From a virus (Duplodnaviria; Caudoviricetes): a DNA stretch of 64,000 nt. The notes beneath the pieces are model-generated. The model was not told the DNA's origin and did no database searches. It saw only the letters and a list, made by a program, of their open reading frames with translations. Location: positions 1 through 64,000 of the IMG/VR virus record IMGVR_UViG_3300018475_000104; one strand, given 5' to 3'. Positions 6,642 to 18,628 of the stretch are shown here, one piece after another; position 1 is the first letter of the stretch; each line of letters starts with the position of its first letter. The position numbers were made by a program, and so were the translations under genes.

Positions 6642-7901
6642 TTAATCTTCCTCCGTATGATGACAACCGCACGCACAGGGCGCCGCAGTGTTATTTTGCA
6701 TCATCGCCATCATCATGAGCATATCACGTGTATTACCATCACCCTTATTCATCATGAGATAAAGGAACATGGGATTAGACATATCAAAGGACATATTCCC
6801 CATCGTGCCACCATTCATCATCATCAGCATAGGCAGCGTGGAGTCATCAGATTTGTTCATCATCAGCAGAGGAAGCATATTGCCAAAAGGCGTATCGGGA
6901 GAAGCATTGAACATGTTACTACCAAAGCTAATAAGCTTAGTGTAGAAGTCAAAACCGAATACATTCTTCGTGGGAATCAGAGTGGTTTCAGTCTGATTCA
7001 GAACTACCTCAGCAACAACTCGACCATCTTCGCGCTGATTGATTACACGCAGCCAGGAATTATGATGATAGATAAAATCGCCAGGCTTTGCATCTTTCTT
7101 AGCGACGGGCGCCATATAGCAGAAATTGTCCATATCAAGAAGCATATCGCTTACATCAAGGTAAGTATTGTCCTTTTCACTCCAAGCAAGCCAGCCATCC
7201 TTTGTATTAAAGGCAGGGCCATAGATGGACATACGAACCTCGGTAGAAGGGACGGAACCGAACTTAACATTTTTCATGATATTATTAAACATAGAAGGAT
7301 TCTCCTTTTCTTTATTTTCTTTTTTAAGATTTTCAATTGATTTTTTAATGTCTTCAAGTTCTTGCTGAACCGACGAAACACAAACATTTGAAAAAGTTAG
7401 ACCATCATTGTTTATTTTTAAACAATTAGTATGAGTTGAATCAGAACTCAAACTATCTGATAAAGTCCATATACCATTAGATGTAACTGAATATTGTTTT
7501 GTACAGTTTGCTACAGAGCTAAATGCTGTCGCAACTTTAGAAGTTTCTAAAGAATATGTAGCAGTAAAATTAACATCTTTGTTAAAATATAGTAGCCCAT
7601 CCCAACAAGCAGTATAAATCCAACGACAAGTTTTTGATTTTAATTCGTCAAATTCAAAGGTTGATTTATCATAGAGCCTAACTGGAATAACTCGACTTCC
7701 TCTGTAATCATATCCTTCTTCATTGGTAAATTTAAAAGAAGGAATTTTAGAGGCGCATAAAACTCCAATGTTATAGTTACGAACTGTTTCGAGAATCTCC
7801 TTAAATACATCTTCACTAACAAAATAAGAATATTCTCTCTGACTCGGTTCTTGATTCTTATCTAAGAACCTAATTTTACAAATACCAAAAGGTTCTGTCA
7901 T
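6642..7901 (-). CDS. Hypothetical protein with Met/Asn-rich C-terminus
   Basis: Long ORF with RBS; NMLPLLMM-type repeats. Confidence 0.7.
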   Translation of the reverse strand: MTEPFGICKIRFLDKNQEPSQREYSYFVSEDVFKEILETVRNYNIGVLCASKIPSFKFTNEEGYDYRGSRVIPVRLYDKSTFEFDELKSKTCRWIYTACWDGLLYFNKDVNFTATYSLETSKVATAFSSVANCTKQYSVTSNGIWTLSDSLSSDSTHTNCLKINNDGLTFSNVCVSSVQQELEDIKKSIENLKKENKEKENPSMFNNIMKNVKFGSVPSTEVRMSIYGPAFNTKDGWLAWSEKDNTYLDVSDMLLDMDNFCYMAPVAKKDAKPGDFIYHHNSWLRVINQREDGRVVAEVVLNQTETTLIPTKNVFGFDFYTKLISFGSNMFNASPDTPFGNMLPLLMMNKSDDSTLPMLMMMNGGTMGNMSFDMSNPMFLYLMMNKGDGNTRDMLMMMAMMQNNTAAPCACGCHHTEED

Positions 7902-7919
7902 TAACTATCTCCTTCCTCT

Positions 7920-8192
7920 TTATTCTTTATTCTTCTGCCGACTCATATACAACATACACTTCTCACACTCAATCAAACCACACTTCGGACACCGAACACC
8001 ATCGGGGTCTTCGCCAGTGCCATCCCAAATGAAGTGCTTGCCGCCCATAAAGTCGGTAACAGTAACATGGAGGTCCATTCGCTGGTCATAATTCAACTGC
8101 TCAAGCAATCCATTGAAAATCTTCTGCTGTTCATAAAGAGTCAGATTATCAATAGAGAACTCAACCTTGTACATAGAACGACTTTTTGCCAT
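7920..8192 (-). CDS. Hypothetical Zn-finger protein
   Basis: CPKC...CEKC. Confidence 0.6.
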   Translation of the reverse strand: MAKSRSMYKVEFSIDNLTLYEQQKIFNGLLEQLNYDQRMDLHVTVTDFMGGKHFIWDGTGEDPDGVRCPKCGLIECEKCMLYMSRQKNKE

Positions 8193-8256
8193 CAGTTTAC
8201 CTCTCTTTCAACTTTCTATAAATATTATATCAAAAATTTCTAAAAAAGTCAAAATA

Positions 8257-8292
8257 AAAAGAGCCTTTATTTTCTAAAGGCTCTATTTGTTT
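8257..8292 (-). terminator. Intrinsic terminator
   Basis: AGAGCCTTTA/TAAAGGCTCT stem followed by U-tract on the minus strand. Confidence 0.7.
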
Positions 8293-8293
8293 A

Positions 8294-9754
8294 TCAAAGA
8301 ACAACGGAATCATACATGGGGTCATTAAGCGTTTTCACCATAACATCCCATGCAGTTTCACCTTTTAATGCTCCAAGGAAAGCCTTGAAAGTCGAAGGCG
8401 ACTGACCGCTTACATAGATGACATCTTCGTGAGGATGAAGGAAGGTATCATTGCGCGCCTCTACGTTCCAAAGAACAATCTTAGGCAGCTCATAACCAGC
8501 TTCCTCAAAACGCTTCCGCATGGCATCAATAAAAGAGTACTGACCGTAATCCTTTTCCATTCTGTTAATTTCCATATCGGAAATTACAACCAGCGCTTCG
8601 GGCATATCTTCAGATTTAACATTACCACGAATTGCGTGTTCGAGAATGTAAGAGAAAGCTTTTTCGAGGTCGGTGTCAAGACCAACATCGGTATGCATAA
8701 CCTGGTCAACATTTGCCTTCAGAGTTGCTCCTTCGCGCAGTTGGATGAAGTGAGGCTCGTCAGTAAAAGTCATGTAGAGGTTATGATAGTCACCCTTATT
8801 GCGTTCAGCAAAATAAATTGCCAAACCAATCGAAGTTTCCATAGGACGACCCCACATAGAAGCAGAAACATCAGCCATTACTACTACATTGTGTTCTCCA
8901 TCAATGTAATTAGGAAGAGATTTCCACTGTTCATCAGCCAGCAAATTCCGCTGCCCATGATGCCAATAGCAGTAATTCTTTACCAAGTCATAGGGATAAA
9001 GAGTAGCTGCATTAACCTTTACCTTTCCTTCACTGAGAGCTTCACGATACTCACTAAAGCGCTCTTCATCGTGACGAACAAAAGCATTCGTATACTGCGC
9101 CATTGCCTTAGAAGGTACAGCTTCATAGTCAATCTTATCCCATTCCTGCTCACTCATGAGGCGCTCAGTCACACGAATATGCTTGCGCAGTTCACTTAGC
9201 ATTTTGCGATAAATCTGAGGAGTCGCGCCGATTGCATAAGCTAGGAACTTGGCCTTTTCACGAGTTTCTACGCTGGAAGTGTTAATAGAAGGCATCCACT
9301 TAGCCATCAGAGAACAAGGACGTCCCTTATCCATTGCTTGAACATCACTTATCAACTGGCATTCTACCATATCAATAATATAAGGTTCAACAGGAGTTCC
9401 AATCAACTCAAAAACAGAATCCCAACGATTAAACTTGGGAATATTTCCAAGATTCTCAATGAGATGCCGGGGATAATTCCGCGCAAGCCACTTCAAGCAA
9501 GTGCGAAAAGTGCGCCGCTCACCCAGACCGCCACGAATATTGCCGATATAGAACAGCATCTTGAGCGCGAGTCCTCTATCAGTATTAAAGGCGGCCTCAA
9601 ATTTATCCTCAATTTCCTTTTCGGTACGAGGACGAAGCGCGCCAGCCTGCGCAAACAGGTCAAGCAGAGGATTGTTCAAAGTAGAATACGCAATCGCGCC
9701 GTTTTCGGTTAGCTTCTGATTAGATACCACAGACATAACTTCATTAAACTTCAT
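8294..9754 (-). CDS. DUF2828-family Ro60/TROVE-like protein with C-terminal vWA domain
   Basis: TENGA, IRGGLGER, RWD, AKWMP, LYPY, DVSASM (MIDAS-like), ISDME and WNV motifs; true start 9754 after AAGGAG. Confidence 0.85.
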   Translation of the reverse strand: MKFNEVMSVVSNQKLTENGAIAYSTLNNPLLDLFAQAGALRPRTEKEIEDKFEAAFNTDRGLALKMLFYIGNIRGGLGERRTFRTCLKWLARNYPRHLIENLGNIPKFNRWDSVFELIGTPVEPYIIDMVECQLISDVQAMDKGRPCSLMAKWMPSINTSSVETREKAKFLAYAIGATPQIYRKMLSELRKHIRVTERLMSEQEWDKIDYEAVPSKAMAQYTNAFVRHDEERFSEYREALSEGKVKVNAATLYPYDLVKNYCYWHHGQRNLLADEQWKSLPNYIDGEHNVVVMADVSASMWGRPMETSIGLAIYFAERNKGDYHNLYMTFTDEPHFIQLREGATLKANVDQVMHTDVGLDTDLEKAFSYILEHAIRGNVKSEDMPEALVVISDMEINRMEKDYGQYSFIDAMRKRFEEAGYELPKIVLWNVEARNDTFLHPHEDVIYVSGQSPSTFKAFLGALKGETAWDVMVKTLNDPMYDSVVL

Positions 9755-9784
9755 TTTCAAATCTCCTTTTAACTCATTAAAAGG

Positions 9785-9833
9785 CAAGACGCCACTTTCC
9801 CATAAAGCAAGAAATCTTTGCTGCAAGCGCCTT
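9785..9833 (-). ncRNA. CAGCAA stem RNA, copy C, in the leader of the DUF2828 gene
   Basis: AAGGCGC-TTGCAGCAA...GCGTCTT-G between the promoter (TTGAAT..TATACT) and the RBS. Confidence 0.65.
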
Positions 9834-9889
9834 AACTTTTGTAATTAAAGTATAGCAAAAATTTAGTTAAAATTCAAATTTTGAAAAAT

Positions 9890-9918
9890 AAAAAAAAGAG
9901 GGGATTAACCCCTCTTTA
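9890..9918 (-). terminator. Intrinsic terminator after the endolysin
   Basis: AAAGAGGGG/CCCCTCTTT stem with long U-tract. Confidence 0.75.
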
Positions 9919-9919
9919 A

Positions 9920-10810
9920 TTATTTGACATAAATACCAGGATTTTTTACCAAACCTTCAAGTTTTTCTGCGTTTGCTAAAGCATAGTTGCGATTTTTATT
10001 TAGTTCGCATCTTGCATAATATACCCCATTAAAAGAAGCAACATAAGCGTCAGGATAAACTTTCTTAACCAAGTTTACTGCGGCTTGCGCACTGTTTTTG
10101 TCCCCAAAGGCACCAGCATGCACGACGTAATAAACTTCCTTTTGGGCTAGCTTTTCTTCTTCTTTTGGTTCTGTTTTTTCAGCAGGCTTTGTTTCTGTAG
10201 CTTTTAACTTAGCAGCAACTTTATCTCTGAACATATCCATTGTCCAACCATACTTTTTCATCCAAGGAATAGTATCACTATGATTACTACCATAGCCTCT
10301 TTCATAGGCTTCTTTGTGACAGATAATTTCACTAACGGGAATGTTGTATAGTTTAGCAAGATAAGCACAAAGGTCGATTGCTTTTTCCATGCATTCTTCA
10401 AAATATTCCTTAGTTCCACTGCCTGCCTTGTAGTTATCATCTTGAATTTCAAATTGAATATGGCTATTGTTGTAGCTGCCTTTCTTGCCACCTCCGCAGC
10501 CCCAGGGCTTTATATCCCAAGGCATACACTGAAGCACTGCTAATTCTCCGTCAGCTTTTTTCCCAATAAAAGCATGAACAGCTTTTTCAACATCGGGCTT
10601 ATTCCAATGGTTGTTATACTTATTTTTACCAATTACGGCAATAATCTTATCTTTATTTGGGTCATTGTCGGCTGGCTGAGTATAACGATTTAACCAAGGA
10701 TTTCCTGCGGCGGTGTCATGTACGACAATTCCTTTGGGAGTCATTTTTGCTCCAATTTTGTAACAGTCGTTTTGTGTAATCATACACTTTAAAATATCTT
10801 TCTCGGTCAT
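9920..10810 (-). CDS. N-acetylmuramoyl-L-alanine amidase (Amidase_2) with SPOR-like C-terminus
   Basis: GIVVHDT, VHAFIG, QFEI, IICHKE..HSD motifs; start after GGAGG. Confidence 0.88.
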   Translation of the reverse strand: MTEKDILKCMITQNDCYKIGAKMTPKGIVVHDTAAGNPWLNRYTQPADNDPNKDKIIAVIGKNKYNNHWNKPDVEKAVHAFIGKKADGELAVLQCMPWDIKPWGCGGGKKGSYNNSHIQFEIQDDNYKAGSGTKEYFEECMEKAIDLCAYLAKLYNIPVSEIICHKEAYERGYGSNHSDTIPWMKKYGWTMDMFRDKVAAKLKATETKPAEKTEPKEEEKLAQKEVYYVVHAGAFGDKNSAQAAVNLVKKVYPDAYVASFNGVYYARCELNKNRNYALANAEKLEGLVKNPGIYVK

Positions 10811-10841
10811 TTTTGCCTCCTTTATATTCTTATTAAATAAA

Positions 10842-10871
10842 CGCGCGTGCGCGTGTATGTGCGCACGCGCG
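10842..10871. repeat. GC-rich alternating purine/pyrimidine inverted repeat
   Basis: CGCGCGTGCGC-GTGTATGT-GCGCACGCGCG. Confidence 0.8.
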
Positions 10872-10900
10872 AATATCACAATTTTTTTATTTAGTCAAAT

Positions 10901-12766
10901 TTACATTTGAGTTATTTTAAAGCCAGTAGAGTCAGCAACGTATACATGAACTTCTTTCCAAGAGCCGTTTTTTGCCACATAAATTTTACATACAGAAGAA
11001 TCACTTTCATTGCCAATTATCAAAGCTCCATTTGGCATTGATGACAATATCCATTTTGCATAAAGATGAATTGGTTCTGTAGAATTAATTTTATCGGCAG
11101 AAGCCACAGCGCGGCCATCTTCATAATACCAATTATCAAATGTATAATAAGTTTTTATTGGGTCTTCAACATAATCAATAACACTTTGCATTGTATCATC
11201 AAGATACCCAATTTGAGGAGGTACTTCAGGTGAGCCTCCACGAGTATCAAAATAAATTGTTACCGGTTGAAAAGCATCCCAAGAGGCTATAAGAGTTATA
11301 TTATTTGTAATTGTATATGGCTGTGAAGCATCAAATAAACTACCATTATAATACCAACCGTTAAAAGTTGAATTAGCTTTTGTTGGAGTTGGTAATGTAA
11401 AGGTTGAATCATAAGTTACTGAAACAGAGGCAGTTGAAACTGAGCCACCATTTGCATTTAAAGTAATAGTATAGGTATTTGGAATCCAATTCGCATATAC
11501 GGGTAAAGATACATCGCTAGTAGCGAGATTGAAACCTGCTCTTGTAGCATATGCTTCTGCTTGACCATAGTCATAGTCATGATCAAAACTGATACCTGTG
11601 CCATTAGCAGCAGTATTCCATTGGGCGCCGGATTTCGCAGAATACCCTGTTTTTCTCAAATCAAAAGTTCCAATATTTATTAGTCCTAAGCTATCATTTA
11701 CAATTTCACCATAAGAATAGGTGGTTGAATACGGAAGTGTCGCCCATGACTCTTGATTCCCGCCTTGCACGCCACTGTTTGCGTTATAAGTGATAGTAAG
11801 CTTATATGCTTGCCATATTGCGTAGAGATTTAAATCACTCTTAATTGTTACGCTTTGCCCGCTTGTATACGTCGCAGAAGTAGCTGTGGAACTAGTTGAC
11901 CATCCAAGAAATTTATAGCCAGTTCTTGTAGGTTTTGTAGAACTTAAAGTAATCGTAGAGCCATAATTAGCGGTTGTGCCTACTGGCGCGCCAGTGCCTC
12001 CGTTTCCATTATAACCGATTGTATAAGTAATAACAGTCCAATGAGCATATAAAGTTTGATTCGCTGTTAAATTAACCGTACTGGAGGAAGTAATTCTTGT
12101 GCCACCAGAAGCCGCAGTATACCAGCCATTGAACGTATAACCCTCCCTTGTGGGAGTTGGTAATGTTCCATAAGTACTACCATTAGTTACTGATTTTGAT
12201 GCAGTTGGTGTTGTGCCGCCGTTTGCGTTAAACGTAACAGTATAGGTCTTATTACTATAAGTATAAACAACAGTAGGATGTCGAGAAGAAGTACACTCCA
12301 TACCTTTATAAGAATATGAAGTGCCTCTTGCTTCAGATGACACAACAACTAAATATTTTGTTGCCGTGGCATCGCCCCATGTTGCAACAGGAACAGTAAA
12401 AGACAAAGTAGTATTTTCTGCCGCAACCAAATCCGTCGCAATTCTAGTAAAACCGCTTGTATTATACTTAACAGTTTGGCTTGGAACGCTGGTCATAAGA
12501 CCAACGTCCCAACGGCCATCGCTGTTATACTCACTGCCAATGGTAAGATTTACTTTTATTTCTGTAAGATTTACTTTAGTTGAAGCTAATGAACTAACCC
12601 CTGGTACTTGGATATATGCGCGATATAGATTACTTGCGTTACTAGTATAACCGGCATAGATATTGTTTAATGAGTTATTACCAGGACCATAAGACCATGC
12701 GCCACCATTAATATTATATTTATAATAATCCGTACTAAAAGTCGCGGGGAATGTATATGTTGCCAT
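10901..12766 (-). CDS. Virion protein with InlB B-repeat (Flg_new) domains
   Basis: Repeated Y.VTFNANGG...[15 protein letters not shown]...LYA.W. Confidence 0.85.
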   Translation of the reverse strand: MATYTFPATFSTDYYKYNINGGAWSYGPGNNSLNNIYAGYTSNASNLYRAYIQVPGVSSLASTKVNLTEIKVNLTIGSEYNSDGRWDVGLMTSVPSQTVKYNTSGFTRIATDLVAAENTTLSFTVPVATWGDATATKYLVVVSSEARGTSYSYKGMECTSSRHPTVVYTYSNKTYTVTFNANGGTTPTASKSVTNGSTYGTLPTPTREGYTFNGWYTAASGGTRITSSSTVNLTANQTLYAHWTVITYTIGYNGNGGTGAPVGTTANYGSTITLSSTKPTRTGYKFLGWSTSSTATSATYTSGQSVTIKSDLNLYAIWQAYKLTITYNANSGVQGGNQESWATLPYSTTYSYGEIVNDSLGLINIGTFDLRKTGYSAKSGAQWNTAANGTGISFDHDYDYGQAEAYATRAGFNLATSDVSLPVYANWIPNTYTITLNANGGSVSTASVSVTYDSTFTLPTPTKANSTFNGWYYNGSLFDASQPYTITNNITLIASWDAFQPVTIYFDTRGGSPEVPPQIGYLDDTMQSVIDYVEDPIKTYYTFDNWYYEDGRAVASADKINSTEPIHLYAKWILSSMPNGALIIGNESDSSVCKIYVAKNGSWKEVHVYVADSTGFKITQM

Positions 12767-12770
12767 TTAA

Positions 12771-12962
12771 TCACCCCACTATTAAGAAGAATACTTCACC
12801 TTCAGTGAAAGAACTTGGTAAAGAAGTTCCACTATTCTCATCAGTTAGGATTAGTTTACCATCAAGAGTTAAATTACCACTCATTGTATCACCAGTTTTA
12901 GTGAGTTTTTGAGTACCTAAATTTTCTAATTCTTTAACAACTTGTGCTGGAGTTATAAGCAT
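12771..12962 (-). CDS. Small tail-fibre-associated protein
   Basis: KTGDTMSGNL motif; AGGAGG RBS before MLITP. Confidence 0.6.
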   Translation of the reverse strand: MLITPAQVVKELENLGTQKLTKTGDTMSGNLTLDGKLILTDENSGTSLPSSFTEGEVFFLIVG

Positions 12963-12981
12963 TTTTAATATCCTCCTTAAA

Positions 12982-13872
12982 TTAATATTTCCATCTTGCT
13001 TTTGAACAGCGAGTGTCAATGTGAACAATGTATTTTGCGCCGTAGCCTACCCCGCCAAATTTGTTCAATTTCATGGCAATATCTTCAAGATGTTGACGAA
13101 TGTCATATCGAGAAACACCAGCTTTAATTCCATAAATGTCCATGCCTAGACATTTTTTATGCTGGCTACCACTCGCGCCACCACGCTTAGAATTCCATTT
13201 AGAACAACGATAACCGCCTGCGTTTGAGCCATTAGGAGTAGGAGTGGCATGAGTTGTGATATAGAACTCAGTACCAGGATATTTCTTTTCACATTCGCGG
13301 AAAATCCTTTCAGCAAGAATTCTTACACTAATACCATACCCTTTACCCATGGGGTAGCCATTACAATAATTATATCCAGTGGCGGTACATTGACATTTCA
13401 TTGCTTCATCAGAAATACGAGGAATAATAATTGCATCCCACAAGGCAGCTTTGGTTTGTTTTCCAACAACCCCATCAGGTTGCAATCCCATCGCGCATTG
13501 GAATTGTTTAATGGCTGTTTTAGTTTTTGAACCCATTTTTCCATCAGCCATCCCAACAACCATTCCAAAACCCCATTCAATTAGGCGAGTTTGAATCTCG
13601 AGGACAGAGGGATCTTCTGGAACTTCTACTGCTTTTTCATCTTCTGTTTTAGTTACTAGTTCAAGAGCTGCCCAAGTTTGTTTTCCACAAATACCATCTT
13701 TCTCAAGTCTATGGTCGTACTAAAAAGCTTCACAGGCTTTTTTGCACTTAGTACCCCAAATTCCATCAATTTCCCCACAGTCATATCCAGCTTGGGTAAG
13801 TAATTCTTGAGCATATTTTACTATTTCTCCCCTCATTTTGGGGAAAGTTATTTTTAAAGTCTTTAAAATCAT
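12982..13872 (-). CDS. Endolysin: two PG_binding_1 domains plus Peptidase M15 (one in-frame TAG)
   Basis: AF[TAG]YDHRLEKDGICG mirrors QFQ...LQPDGVVG in the second repeat; GYRC..N..GG..SQH..MDI..HID. Confidence 0.88.
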
Positions 13873-13895
13873 AAAAATCCTCCATTAGAATAAAA

Positions 13896-15014
13896 TTAAA
13901 GTCCACATTCTACCCAACGTTGCCCATCTTTTGAATAGTAAGGAACACACCAAACCCATTGCTCACCATCTGGACAGTAGAATACTTCATGGGGATAGTT
14001 ATTAAATAAAACAGTATTAGTTTCGGTATAGTTAATTTCTAAATAGGGTCTATCATCTTCGTTTTCACTATCTGGGCCACCAAATTCTTTATAACTATTA
14101 TTAACGTCAGATGATAAACCTCCTAAATATACATAGGTTAATCCATCTGTTTGGATGCCCTATATAGCTCCAGAAAGGTCAAATTCTGTTCTGGTACCAA
14201 CACTCTTTGAAATGGTTCCTAAAGCTACTGGCATTACTCCTAATTGATTTGGAGCATAACCAATCGCTTTAACTTTTTCAACTGTAATACCGGCCTATAG
14301 ATCAACAGAATTTCCTCCGCCACTACCGCCGTCAACATTTTTTACACTATAGTAAATACTGTTAATATATTTGTATCTAATCTTTGATAAATCAAAAGCT
14401 GTACAAGCTATGTAGGTATTATTACTCGAACTACCTGTTATACCAGCATACATATAACCAGTTTTAAAATCACATTCTTCTCCATTTAAGAAACCATCTA
14501 TACCATCACTATCAATTATAGGATAAATCCTTATTGTCTTTGTAACTTCTCCTAAACATTCAATAGTTAAGTAAGGGGCATTTTCTCCTGTTTTATAAAA
14601 AGAAGACCAAGTTGAACTTCCGCTGCCATGAGTTAATCTAATGTATGGTGCCTCCTGAAGCGTAGCCTTATAAGAAGTTAAATCTATAATTGTCCAAGTG
14701 CCCGTACCGGAAGAAAATGTAAAATTTCCTAAAGAAGTACCACTATTCGCGTATCCGGTCGCCGCGGCCACATTTAATACATGGTCAGCATAAGTATCCT
14801 ATCTACAAATATGAAGTTTTATTGAGAGTAAATCATAACTTTTTAATTCTCCAAAGTATAAGGCTGCAATGGCTGCGGGGCCGGCGCTTGTGGCGCCAGC
14901 CTCGATATATGTAGTAGTCGTAGAAAAATAAGGTTGCTCATCCATTTCTGGTGCACGTTGTACATAGGCAACTTGCATGGCCAAATCTTGAGAACTAGGT
15001 AAAAAACCAGCCAT
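13896..15014 (-). CDS. Virion/tail protein (3 in-frame TAG)
   Basis: ORFs 14799-15014 and 14295-14771 join through TAGs and run to TAA at 13896. Confidence 0.75.
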
Positions 15015-15025
15015 ATGGCACCTCC

Positions 15026-16051
15026 TTATTCAATTGGTCTTAGCCAAATTGCTCCAATCTCTGGATCAGGTCTTTCTTGGCCATAGAAAACTTTATTTGT
15101 TAAATTTGTGAGACCACTTGATAATTTTCTAATTCTAAGATAGCCGCCAATAGAGAAAGAAATATTTGAAACAGAAGTAGTATTGTACCACAAAGCGGAA
15201 CTAATGCCAACTCCGTTATCTTGGCCACGATTATCTGTACCATTAAAGCGTAGAAGACCATTATATAGGGTTAGAGTTCCTTCTAAAGTACCCATGCGTT
15301 CCTCGCCGGTTCTTGCCACTAAGCCGTCTTCATAAGTTGTTGTAGTGTTTGTAGAAAACCAATAGCGGCTTCTAGAGGGCGCCACATTATTAGCTTTGAT
15401 ATAGACATCTGTATTTGAGCCATGGGCAGGAACTTCATAGATAATTTCGACTTTATCTCCTTCAATCATACTGAATTCAACAGGTACATTATCTTCACAG
15501 ATTCCATCAAACAAAATTGCATTTCCGTCAGCGGTAGAACCCCCGCTACCTTCATTTTCTGCTATTTTTTCATCTACATAAGTAATAGTAGATTCATAAT
15601 TCTATGCTATTTTTTCATCTACATATGCTTTTGTAGTTGCGTGACTATCTACTGTAGGTGTGGCTAAGTTAGAAATTAGTTGCCCGCCCATATTAATCGT
15701 ACCAGACATCGTACCACCAGTTAGTGGCAATACTTCAGATTCTTTTGCTGCACCAATTAGTTCTCTAACTTCTTCTGCGGTCTTAGTGGTCATTTCAGCA
15801 GAACCAGAACCGACTAAGAAATTATTTGCAGCAACGCCATTCAATCCTGTACCACCTTTTGTTGCGGGTAGAATGCCTGCCATATCTGGTAGTGAACCAA
15901 TCGCGCCGCCACCTTGAATTGTTTGAATTGCATCATAAACCGCCTTAGCATCCGCCGCGGCGCCTTCAATGCTTAATGTATCATCAACAACTGGCACTGT
16001 GTAAGTTTCAGCAATACCAGGAAATTTTAATGTTTTTAAAGCTTTTGCCAT
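15026..16051 (-). CDS. Tail fibre protein (1 in-frame TAG)
   Basis: LP..GGTG, LPLTGGTMSG, ATTKAYVD motifs; TAG at 15602 joins two ORFs in frame. Confidence 0.8.
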
Positions 16052-16069
16052 TTAAGTTTCCTCCTTTTA

Positions 16070-17377
16070 TTAGATACCATCTTTCCAAGTGCCATCTATT
16101 TTTACTTTCATAACTCCTTGCTTCCAAACACCATCAACTTTTACCCAAGGGATTCCAATTTTCCATTCTCCGTCTATTTTTATCCGTACGGATCCAGCAG
16201 AAACCCAATTGGCATATATTGTTATTGTTTGATTTGAAGAATTAATAGATTTTCCTAAAGCTGTAGCAAGAGCCTGCCCCGTATAGCTAGCATCATGATC
16301 TAGACTAATTCCAGAGCCATCAGCTTTAGTATTCCACTCTTTTCCATCCTCAGTCTTTTTCCCGGTTTTTGTTAAACCAAAGGTTTCTATATTTAATAAA
16401 CCACTACTATAATTAGTTCCATAGTAATAATCTCTTACATAAGGCATTGGATAAGAAGAAGTTCCAGAACTGGATTGAGTACCACCATTAGCATCAAAAG
16501 TAACGGCAATTTTATATGGACTCCAAGTAGCATACAAAGTAACTGCTGCGCTTGGCGTATAAGAACCAGTAGAGCCAGAAGTAGCTGTACTAGAAGTTGC
16601 CCATCCATTAAACTTATATCCCATTCTAGTTGGAGTAGGTAAAGTAATTGAACCATTAGTATCTGTATATGTCCATTTTGCATATAGGGTTGTATTTGCA
16701 GAAAAACTGTAAGTTGAACCAGCAGTATAGTCAGTACCTGTTCCATCTGCCTTTGAATTCCACTTGCTAAAAGTATATTTTCGAGTTTTACTTGAAGTTA
16801 AAGAGGCAGTGTCACAAGTTCCGCCGTTAGCATTAAAAGTAACTTTATAACCGGTTACTGTTCCGTTCGCGCGAGTGAAACTATTAGTTGCTAGTTTAAT
16901 AGAAGCACTAGAAGTGCCAGTACCAGTCGTCGCCGCGGTTGTACCCGTTCCTCCGTTAGCGTTGTAAGAAACAGTTATTTTCTTGACAAGAGTCATTGTA
17001 TAGCCAGTAATGTTATTCCAAGTGCCTGGCCCGCTTACGGCACCACCACCAGTTTGGACATCTAAATCAACACTCACAACATTTTTAGAAGAATCGTAAG
17101 GAATTGTAAATTTCTATGTATGAGTATAAGTTCCAGCATTCCATTGAACAGTTTTAAAAAATTCGGGATCAAGGGTTGGAGATTGTCCATTAATAGTACC
17201 AGTAAAACCACGTCTGTTCGTACCACTAGGACCGATAGAGGTACCACTATCACACTTTACAGTAAAAGTAGAGTCAATAACCCAGTTACTCCCACTGATT
17301 GAAGAGCTATAGGCCGTGAAAGTTAAATGTTGATATCCAGATTGACTATTAAATGTTATGTTTTTAATATCTGCCAT
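16070..17377 (-). CDS. Virion protein with InlB B-repeats (1 in-frame TAG)
   Basis: TAG at 17114 joins ORFs; YNANGG/LPTPTR.GY.F.GW repeats. Confidence 0.82.
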
Positions 17378-17394
17378 TTATTTCACCTCAGTTA

Positions 17395-18444
17395 TTACTC
17401 AGTATACTGGATATATAAATCACCATTTATACCTGTACTAGATGAAGGCGCGGAAGTGCCGTAAGTATAAGCATTATCAAGACGAGTCCAATCATACCAG
17501 GTTCCTGATCTACCTAGACGATAATAGAGTCTTGAAGATCCGCCATGGAGAATAAATTGGTGAGTGTAATTAGTTCCGCCATAACCTTTAATAACATACA
17601 TTTTAAACCCATAACCTTTATTTGGATCTGGATAATTTATTAAAGGGTTCTCCGTATCAGTAACTGTAGAAGAAATACCACGATAGACTCCCGCTTCGGT
17701 ATAAGTATTTAAATCGCTTCCGTTGGGAATAATTTCGCCTATTTCTACCATATCAAGTGCATTGATTAAAGCAGCAGTAACTTGGTGAGGGTTATTAAAA
17801 TCACTTACGTGCTCATTAACAAAGTCAATCTCTGGGTCAGTTGTGTAGCTTTCAAATACTACATTACCATCATTATTTTCGTCTGAAGCAACAATGTTAC
17901 TAATAAAGGTAGGTGCTTCAAACTCTGATAAAATTCCACTAATTACTACCTTACCATTCATAGGCTCAGTTAGTTTAATAGTAACATTACCTAATTCGTC
18001 AACCTCTCCATCTTGCATTACAGAAGCAAAAGTTCCATTTTCTGTAATTTGCGCGACATCAAAGACAAAAGCATTTTCACCGCAACCATGCTCAGAAGCA
18101 AGAATTCGATAGGTATAAAGCTATGTTGTTTCATCATAGGTCCAATCACCCGTACCAACTCTCTTCAAATACATATTCGCGCGGTCTGGCTAAATCGTAT
18201 TTATCATGTCACGGATATCTTGATGAGCTTCGTTAGAAAGATTATGTTCTTCAATAAGAGTACCTGCCGCGGAAGCATCTTCAATTAATTCTCTGATATC
18301 TGGATGGGCATCTTCGGCTATATTATGATTTGTTACAGCTGTATTTGCTATCTCATTTGCGCGAGCCTCTGTAATAAAATCTTGAATTCGTGTAGTAATA
18401 TGTTGCCATAATCTCGCAACACCATTTTCATTTAAAAAGCCCAT
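17395..18444 (-). CDS. Tail fibre protein with pyocin-knob-like domain (2 in-frame TAG)
   Basis: FLNENG..RLW, NNPHQVT, DLNTYTEAGVY motifs; two ORFs join in frame. Confidence 0.78.
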
Positions 18445-18611
18445 TAATAAGTAACCTCCTCGGCATTATAAACAGTTAATCCACAGATATTATCAATTTC
18501 TTCCAATGTAATTGCTTCATCTTTATGAATCGCATTTTTGTCACATATATCATAAACAGCTTCATCATTAGGAAGTTTGATTTTTGAAATAATAGGATCG
18601 TCATGTGCCAT
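18444..18611 (-). CDS. Small tail-associated protein (55 aa)
   Basis: AGGAGG RBS; IKLPN...YDI..AIT.EEID motifs shared with neighbouring genes. Confidence 0.6.
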   Translation of the reverse strand: MAHDDPIISKIKLPNDEAVYDICDKNAIHKDEAITLEEIDNICGLTVYNAEEVTY

Positions 18612-18628
18612 TTATCTTTCCTCCTAAA

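Noticed and set aside
5595-9712. Long plus-strand shadow ORFs (5595-6017, 6657-7340, 8429-9199, 9338-9712)
   Set aside because: Antisense artefacts of codon bias in the real minus-strand genes.
9755-9826. N-terminal extension of the DUF2828 ORF
   Set aside because: It overlaps the leader RNA motif; the RBS supports a start at 9754.
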